64,000 nucleotides of DNA from Epithemia pelagica. Taxonomy: Eukaryota; Protista; Bacillariophyta. Made by a program: the position numbers and the translations under genes. Where the stretch lies: the NCBI GenBank assembly GCA_946965045.2, contig OX337234.1, forward strand, positions 1,302,001-1,366,000. The letters run 5' to 3'. This document shows positions 56,845 through 64,000 of the stretch, piece after piece (position 1 is the first letter of the stretch; every line of letters begins with the position of its first letter). A model generated the notes under the pieces. The model had not been told where the DNA came from. It saw nothing but the letters and a program-made list of their open reading frames with translations, and searched no databases.

Positions 56845-58511
56845 GACTAGGTAGACGACCCCAACATTGTCACTTTCTGCAGCAGCCGGATCAGCACCAG
56901 AATTCACAACCAATATAGCCATGATTGCATTATTCCTTTTTTTTTTTTTGTTTTGCCGTAGGACAAAAGTATGACAGACGGGCTTGAATTCATATTGGTT
57001 GCCCTCCACGAGAAAATAAATCTCTATTTACCACCTTGTTCCCAAGCAACCCATGGGTCCGTGAATTGCCGCCAACGACTGTGCATAGTTCCCCCCTGCA
57101 TACATGTTTCTCGTTTCATTCGTTTCTCCAACACTGTTCATGGAGCACCTTGGCAGGTCATTCGATTGGTCACAGTAGGCTTCCAAAGCCCATCATTGTC
57201 TACAGCATGACTTTGGCTGATCACAGGTAGATGTGTTGCAATCGGCACGGAGCGCGTGTCTTCGAATCTCACAGATTCGAGTGTACGGCATAACATGATT
57301 CAAGAACTGGCCCTGTCCAATCCTTGTCGTGCAGCTGCGCAAGTTTCGTAACTTGCAGATTCTCCTAGGTAGTAGTGTTGGTATCGTTCCAGTTGACGCG
57401 TTTTCGTTCCAACGCAAGAGGGGGGCACACGGCTTGAACCAAGTTGCAATGGGATTGGACCCGTCCAGCCACACACAATTGGACAGTCTCAATGTACCCC
57501 GTTTGGTGAAAACGTGTCAACAGAGGCCGGTACTACAGTAGACCACCCAGGAATGAATGGTGATCCAACACCAGAAAGCCTCGGTAGGTCGTTTGAATAC
57601 GCCGCGTGATTCATTCGTCATAATGGTTCCAGGCCTCCCGTCTCAATTGTGGTTTTCTAGAAACAAGGCTGTCCGACCCGTCCAATTTCCCAAATGAAAA
57701 GGGAATGCTGGACTCGAATGAGAGTTTCCATCCAGCTTGCGATAGGCCACTGGAACATGTTGCAGCCAATTCACGTGGAACGTTGCCCCGTCCCAGAACA
57801 GCGCGACATTGGAAACTGGTTTCACAAAAAAGTCCACCAACCCACGGTGGATGGTAGAGTACCACTCAGCTCGGGGGTTGTTGGAACGGTTCAGTCCGTG
57901 GATGCGAAAAGACTCTGGTAGAACGGGTCATGGCAATGGTACTGCGTCAATTCTCCCAGCCACCCTACCTAGATTCTCCCACCCACGGTTGGAAAAAACG
58001 GGGTTGGTTTGCGCCCAGTTTCCCTTCCTCCCGAGTTGTATTAGTATTCCACAACCGTGGCCGCGTTCGGGGGCCCTCCTCCTCCTCCTCCCATTCTTGT
58101 TGATGTTGGTCGTGGTAGTTTCCTGTTGCACGGCCATGGAGGGATTCCATGGTCGTGGAGTTGTTGTAGGATCGACCGACATGGGCACTCACAATTTTCG
58201 ACAAAATTGACACCAAAGTGTGACTGCATTTTTTGTGAGGGGGCTTAACTTTTTGCGGTCATTGTTTGGGTGTGACCGCTCCTCCCCCCAATCATCCCTC
58301 TTTCATTAAAAAAACTATTCCCCCACCCCGAAAGTCAGGTGGGTATCTTTTTTTCAAGTGGATCGATCCACGACTCGGGAGACGAAGTTCATCCTGTTCC
58401 AACTTCCGCTCTGTGCGCAACCATCATCATCAGTATCCACAACAGGGCAAGTCACCACAACCAAAAGCATTGGAACGGCCCGTGCGCTGTGTTTCGGGGA
58501 AAGGGACGACA

Positions 58512-59789
58512 ATGATGACGATGACAAGGAGACGACCGTGTTTGGGCCGTAGCAGTAGCAGGAGTCTACTTGTGATGCTGGTGGTGGTTTTGGTTTCGAC
58601 GACACTGGTTTCCTCGGAATTGACACTCGTTCCGAGCGGCGGGGAATCGAGTCGTCCGAATCGGCATTGTCCAGCTGGTACAAGCATCGGCAGCACAGTG
58701 TCTGGTGCCAGGAAACTCGAAACGTGCCGAGGTGGTGGTGGCAATGTGGTCGTAAATGGGAACGACCCACCACCATCCAGCAGCACCACCAAAAGGGTTC
58801 CACGAGCCGCATGGTCGTGGTGGTGGAAACGACAACAGCAACGGCCGGTTGTTTTGGTGGTGGGAGCCACGGGTGGGACCGGTCGTCATGTCGTGCATCA
58901 ACTCTTGAAACGTGGATGTACCGTCCATGTCATTGTTCGATCGACGGACCGAATGGTACAAGCCTTGTCGTCCTGTACCAACCACACCGAGACTCGTCGT
59001 CTTATTCCTCGTTCCTGGAGGAATCGATTGCACATGACACAAGCATCCCTCTTGGACGACGACGTGTCCATGGACGAATTGGTGCAGTTGGTGGAACCGG
59101 TCGACGCCGTCGTGTGTTGTTTGGGCCATTCGCTGACGTTGTCGGGACTTTGGGGCCCCCCGTATCGGTTGGTCACCACGGCCATCCAACGCTTGACGAC
59201 GGCACTTCAAAGGACCATGACGACCGGGTCTCCATCCTCACCACACAAGCCCAAACAATTAATTCTCCTCAGTTCCGATGGTGTCCGGAATCGTCACTTG
59301 GACAATGCACCATCCTGGTCCACGTGGTTGCTCCTGGGCTTGATTCGACTCTTGCTTCCCCCTCATGTGGACAATGAACAAGCGGCGGCCTATCTATGGC
59401 ACCACCACCAGCCGTCGCAAAGCAAACAGTCGGAATCCAACCAGGCACCACGGGTCGAGTGGGTGATTGTGCGACCGACTGATATGGTTCCGGATGATAA
59501 TGCCGAGGAGCGGGGGTACCATTCACGACGACGACGACGACAACGACAACCCGGCTACCAATTGCAGTCCACACCCGAGGGTCCCTTGTTTGGCGGATCC
59601 CATGTCGTGTCACGTCGTCAAGTGGCGGAATGCATGGTCCATCTCCTCACACGTCCCCCCTTGTGGAAGAGGTGGAAATTTCAAATGCCCGTCGTATACA
59701 ACAACAATGACGACGACAAGACCAACCACCCCAAAAAGCAGCAGCAGGAAAAGAAGAAGACGAATGGTGACACAGCAATGCCGAAATGA
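58512..59789 (+). CDS. NAD(P)-binding Rossmann-fold protein (flavin reductase/NmrA-like) with hydrophobic N-terminal segment
   Basis: VLVVGATGGTGRHVVHQLLKRG..VIVRS, DAVVCCLG, WVIVRP, VSRRQVAECM. The start is uncertain (ORF open from 58266). Confidence 0.8.
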   Translation: MMTMTRRRPCLGRSSSRSLLVMLVVVLVSTTLVSSELTLVPSGGESSRPNRHCPAGTSIGSTVSGARKLETCRGGGGNVVVNGNDPPPSSSTTKRVPRAAWSWWWKRQQQRPVVLVVGATGGTGRHVVHQLLKRGCTVHVIVRSTDRMVQALSSCTNHTETRRLIPRSWRNRLHMTQASLLDDDVSMDELVQLVEPVDAVVCCLGHSLTLSGLWGPPYRLVTTAIQRLTTALQRTMTTGSPSSPHKPKQLILLSSDGVRNRHLDNAPSWSTWLLLGLIRLLLPPHVDNEQAAAYLWHHHQPSQSKQSESNQAPRVEWVIVRPTDMVPDDNAEERGYHSRRRRRQRQPGYQLQSTPEGPLFGGSHVVSRRQVAECMVHLLTRPPLWKRWKFQMPVVYNNNDDDKTNHPKKQQQEKKKTNGDTAMPK

Positions 59790-60119
59790 TACCCAGCACG
59801 GGAGTACTATTATCTTTCCCGAGCTCCTCCACAACGACCAACGACTCCCTCTCTGGGCAACTGCTATCCTGAGACAATTGGACTTGCCTTTTTGCTCATA
59901 GAGACTCCATTATTATTATTGTTACAAGTTTGATAGTCGTTGTTGCATCATGTCTTTTTTGGACCGTTTTGGGTACCATTATTTGGTTCAAAGACTCGTC
60001 AATCGTCGAGATTCAGTATAGAAGGAGGACGTTGGGGAACGACCGATTCCGGTGTTCCTGGTGTCGGACCCAACAATCCATGGAGGCGTGCCATGGCGAC
60101 CAATGGGTCTGGAAAGCCT

Positions 60120-63100
60120 TGATTGTGCAAACAAATGTTGCCCCATCAGTCATGGCTAGGCTTGAGAACACAAGTCCAGGAATGGGTGTGGGGCTGGACG
60201 GACCTTACGTTATTAGGGAATTCTTCCAAAATGGGGCTTGGAACACCGCAGTCACGGAGTAACTCCTCGGATGCTTTGGGAAACAACGTATCGGAAAAGC
60301 GGATCCGTGTTCCTCGGAATTCAGGCTTGTCTCGTCGTTGTGAGAGCCATGAATCGCCACAACAAAAACTCCACAAGCGCGCAAGGACTTTGGTTCGTTC
60401 ATCCAACTGCACTGACCGTCCATTCCATGCTCTAGCTAGGGAAGAAATCAAGGATTCCTCACTACTCTTAGCTTCCGAGTCCGCTGCTTCCGAATGCTCT
60501 GGCTTGCGTTCCACAACATGCACTGATTTATACTGATTTGGGGTACCTCTAGGCACCTAGACTAGCCATACGAAGATATGTCCAAGTCGGAAGTCGGAAT
60601 CTTGGAATCATCTCTCCTTCATGACAGTTGAAACCGGTGTCATTATTCATTATGTCTGCTATCGGCGACGTTTCGCTTCCCCTTCGCTTTTCCTTTTCCG
60701 CCCTCATCCCTCATCTCCATTAAGAAAACCCGTCCGTTGAGCATACGGAGCACCGTCATGGGTGCACGGGTACAAAAGTCATTCCAAACAAAGAAGTGAA
60801 CTAAAATATAGGTTACAGAGTCACTACTCCCTATCTTCTCGATTTTCATACGTACGACATACATACTTTCTTAGTCCCCTCAAACAGTACTCGACCCAAT
60901 TGAGAACTGTTTGCCATCCCAGTAGTAAGTGTATTCGGGCCAACTAGCCCAGGAAACCTCAAGACCTGCACAAAACCTCATAAACAATGATGAGGAAAGG
61001 ACTCACTCTGGGGATCCATGATCATCAGTAATATCCCAAAGGACCAGACTCAACAAATGATTGCGTTTCTGTCCTCCTGGAATCACCTTGGTGGCCAAAT
61101 CGGCTGGATTATGCTGCGTGGGAATATGTGTAGTCAACAATTCACCCATGGCAACGGCTTCTCTGACAGCATGATAGCAAATAGAATTGGACTTCTTCTT
61201 CAGCGATGATTCCGGCTTCGATGTATTATGAATCACGGACATGTTATCACCATAAACATATGTAGGACCAGACAACGGCACTCCCATCATCCGTAATTTG
61301 TAGCGTAGTCCCCTGACGGCCTCCATGCCCGTCTTCATTGCGACAAACTCAGCTCCAAAAACGGATGTTTCGATGGTCGCTTGTCGCTTGGTATACCACA
61401 TAATAGGTGCCATATTCATAAAGATGAAGAATCCAGTTCTAGATCGCCGTACCATCTTGTCACCAGCATGATCCGAGTCAACATACAGCCGCAGATCCAC
61501 TTCTTTACCACGTGCCTTTGGTGCATTCGGTGGAACTGCCTCCTTTACATCGCCGTAGAACTCCTTCCAGTCGCAATCTTCACGAAATTCTCGGAGGTCT
61601 ATCTCGGGATAGGTCGGATCAAATGCCATCCTGGCATTGTGCTTGATTTTCAAATAGGAATACATATGGAACACTGCTTCCAAATGTCCTTGTCGTGGAC
61701 TTGCCACTTGGGATGCTAACAATGATGTTTCGGTCATGATATCCACCCTTCCCAGTTCAACCATCCATCTGAGGACGCCAATCTGGGACTGGTAGAACGA
61801 CACCTTGTCTTCATTCAGTTGATCTGTCACGTCCAGAACTGGGTCATATTCTGATGGGAACGGAGTCGCCGCGCGTTTTGCGAGCTTGCGGCCGCCACAC
61901 TCGCGTTCCAAATACGTCTCAACATTCGAAACAGCTTCTTGTACATACTTGCTCGAACTTATAGCCCAACTGACAACGGAATTGGGCATGGTCATGGGCT
62001 TAAGCTTCCCTCCAAGGTACATGTCAGGATTTCCGATCGAGCCCGGCTTCATAGGGAAGAAATGATCTAACTCGTGTAACATCGCAGTCGCATCGTGCGA
62101 TATGGCCAAGACATCGTCTACGTACAGCAATACATAGGCGCAGTACTTGTGACCGTCACTCGGACGTGTCATAGGCTTCATCCACAAGTCTCGATCAGCA
62201 CCCAAGCACGGATCGTACCCAAGAGTTCTCATACAACTCGCAAGGTGGTTGCGGAAACTTGCACCGGCACTCTTTAACCCATACAATGCTCGTACAATAT
62301 ATGCACGCTTCCCAGCGTTGGACCCAAACTCGGGGCCCAGTACAGTCCAGATTTTCTCACTGTTCGGCGCAGTTAAATAAGCATTCTTGATGTCGGACGT
62401 TTTGACCTCTAGGTCGTTGAGAGCGGCAATAGTGAGGGCAATACGAACACTTTCTCGAGATACAACACTGGCATAAGTCAATGTTGCTGGTACCTCTGTT
62501 GTGTGTCCGCCCGCTACAAACCGTGCTTTTCTCCTGAAATCTTCCATTTTTACGTCGAAAACCATGTGGCATCGGATCTCCTGGAAGCCAGGAGCTGGTT
62601 TCTCGTCGTCTTCCATCAACTTGAACGCCACTCGAACAGCTTCCATCTCTTTCTCGATGGCCTTTCGCCACAAGTCGTTGCCGTTCCTTCTGTCAAGTTC
62701 GTATGCTTCGGCAACAGTCTTGGGGATTTCGATCCCAAACTTGTGCGTCCGCTTGTGGTAGCGGCTGTTGACGGCGGCGAGTATCCGATCTCGTCGTCGG
62801 AGGAATTTACTCACCCACCAATCAAACGCTGGCTCGTTTTCAATCTGCTTTGCGATGGCGTACTCCGCCACTTCAATCGGATTTGATTCCTTCAGTCCGG
62901 CCAGGCGCTCCCAGGACGTTGATCCGTCGCGCCACTGGACGCACAACTCCCACCCTTTCGTCGTCTTCTTCCTGTGCTTCCGTCCTCGGACAACAACGTA
63001 GCGGTTATCGTGGTCGACAGCGGCTTTGGTCTTGCGATGGTCAACAATGCTGTCCAACAGCAAGAATTGGTTTCCCTCGGCATCGCACTGCGCATACATA

Positions 63101-64000
63101 TTTTCCGCGATGACATTCGCGGCATACTCAGACGTCTCGCCGTCTGGAAACTCAACAACATAAACTCTCGAGTCTAGAATCGGGTTGTGGGACGACGTCC
63201 CCTTGAGACGGCCATCGCTGGTCTTGGACCGTCTTTTCACCTTGCCCGTCACCATTGCATCACCCTTCGGCAACAAGACGTCGGCTCCAACGTAGTTATC
63301 GTAGGTGTCTGGTGTGATGTCGTCAATGTCGGGTGCAATCGGTGTCTTGGGGTCATCATCGTCTTCATACGCCTCGTAGGTCGGCGTTTCCACATCAACT
63401 AGACCATCGTAGTCTTCGACTTTAGCTACACTGCCTAGCTTCTCGTTGACCTTGCTCGTGTAGTCTTTTCTCTTCTCTATTTCAGTCGGGTCACGGATTT
63501 CGTCGTCCGTCAGATGTCGGTAGGTCGAGCGAATCTTGATCATTCCTGACTCGGCTAGGATCTTAATTGCATGTGCGGGTCCCATGTCCGTCGCAGGACC
63601 TAGGTACCTACCCAGTTTCTCCTTGTCTTCCGGGTAGTTGGCCGCTGAGTCGTAGTAATAAACCCAGTCGTACCACCCATATCCAGCCAAGAGTGAAATG
63701 TCGAAGGTCTCCCCGTACATTGCCGTTTCCGGGACTTGACCTGACAGCTCGAAATTACTATGACATGTAGCCGATCTGATATAGGCTTCCAACTCGAGGC
63801 AATGATCCCACAATACCTTGGGAGATTTAGTTGAGACCATTTTCCGTCCAGTACCACGCTTCAACTCCCTAATTGCACTCTCAGCCGCATTTGCCCATGG
63901 AGTATAGGGCTCCAACTGTTTCACTCGACAACCAGCCTCTCTAGACTTCTTCCTGAACTTGCCCTTGACCTGTTCCGCGGCACCATCCATGATTAGTTCC
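60120..64000 (-). mobile_element. Second Ty1/Copia element (different lineage), 5' part outside the window; candidate 3' LTR ~60120-60873
   Basis: pol ORF followed by a TTGAGGGAC purine tract near 60880. The LTR limits are guessed, since the partner LTR is not in the window. Confidence 0.8.
61003..64000 (-). CDS. Copia pol (partial): integrase C-half, chromodomain-like insert, RT, RNase H
   Basis: IN EPYTPWANAAESAIRELK; RT HMVFDVK..RKARFVAGGH, DIKNAYL, LYGLKSAG, YVDD; RNase H YVDSDHAGD, ETSVFGAEF, GDNMSV, NPADLATK. Confidence 0.95.
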   Translation of the reverse strand, partial: ELIMDGAAEQVKGKFRKKSREAGCRVKQLEPYTPWANAAESAIRELKRGTGRKMVSTKSPKVLWDHCLELEAYIRSATCHSNFELSGQVPETAMYGETFDISLLAGYGWYDWVYYYDSAANYPEDKEKLGRYLGPATDMGPAHAIKILAESGMIKIRSTYRHLTDDEIRDPTEIEKRKDYTSKVNEKLGSVAKVEDYDGLVDVETPTYEAYEDDDDPKTPIAPDIDDITPDTYDNYVGADVLLPKGDAMVTGKVKRRSKTSDGRLKGTSSHNPILDSRVYVVEFPDGETSEYAANVIAENMYAQCDAEGNQFLLLDSIVDHRKTKAAVDHDNRYVVVRGRKHRKKTTKGWELCVQWRDGSTSWERLAGLKESNPIEVAEYAIAKQIENEPAFDWWVSKFLRRRDRILAAVNSRYHKRTHKFGIEIPKTVAEAYELDRRNGNDLWRKAIEKEMEAVRVAFKLMEDDEKPAPGFQEIRCHMVFDVKMEDFRRKARFVAGGHTTEVPATLTYASVVSRESVRIALTIAALNDLEVKTSDIKNAYLTAPNSEKIWTVLGPEFGSNAGKRAYIVRALYGLKSAGASFRNHLASCMRTLGYDPCLGADRDLWMKPMTRPSDGHKYCAYVLLYVDDVLAISHDATAMLHELDHFFPMKPGSIGNPDMYLGGKLKPMTMPNSVVSWAISSSKYVQEAVSNVETYLERECGGRKLAKRAATPFPSEYDPVLDVTDQLNEDKVSFYQSQIGVLRWMVELGRVDIMTETSLLASQVASPRQGHLEAVFHMYSYLKIKHNARMAFDPTYPEIDLREFREDCDWKEFYGDVKEAVPPNAPKARGKEVDLRLYVDSDHAGDKMVRRSRTGFFIFMNMAPIMWYTKRQATIETSVFGAEFVAMKTGMEAVRGLRYKLRMMGVPLSGPTYVYGDNMSVIHNTSKPESSLKKKSNSICYHAVREAVAMGELLTTHIPTQHNPADLATKVIPGGQKRNHLLSLVLWDITDDHGSPE

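Noticed and set aside
60146-60556. 136-aa ORF in the candidate LTR of the second Copia
   Set aside because: No motifs, an alternative start codon, and unverifiable LTR limits.

Overview
Eukaryotic nuclear DNA, most likely from a pennate diatom (short GT-AG introns, a DUF6824-like gene, diatom-type Copia elements); the organism call is inference. Roughly half the window is transposable elements. From the left: a ~1 kb TIR-bounded element with palindromic ends, then a PIF/Harbinger-like transposase fragment. That fragment is cut by an 8.3 kb APE-RT-RNase H LINE with an 18-bp TSD and a poly(T) sense-strand end. A Copia remnant follows. An intact Copia (identical 214-bp LTRs, 5-bp TSD) splits a GRDP/DUF1399-like gene. 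A 6.7 kb hAT element has an 8-bp TSD, and a second Copia runs off the right edge. Host genes are CCT2, ECH1-like, Ku80, a DnaJ/Gly-rich protein, a DUF6824-like protein, a G8/TMEM2-like secreted protein, an NAD(P)-binding protein and three Crinkler-like NTPase/nuclease genes. Two observations stand out. First, the hAT carries a spliced cargo gene, missed by the ORF track, that encodes an AlkB-like 2OG-Fe(II) dioxygenase. Second, the intact Copia has no recognisable tRNA primer site; its PBS is the exact complement of a 14-nt segment of its own LTR, suggesting Tf1-style self-priming, and it also has an extra upstream ORF and no CCHC knuckle. All domain calls are by eye from motifs; no searches were run.
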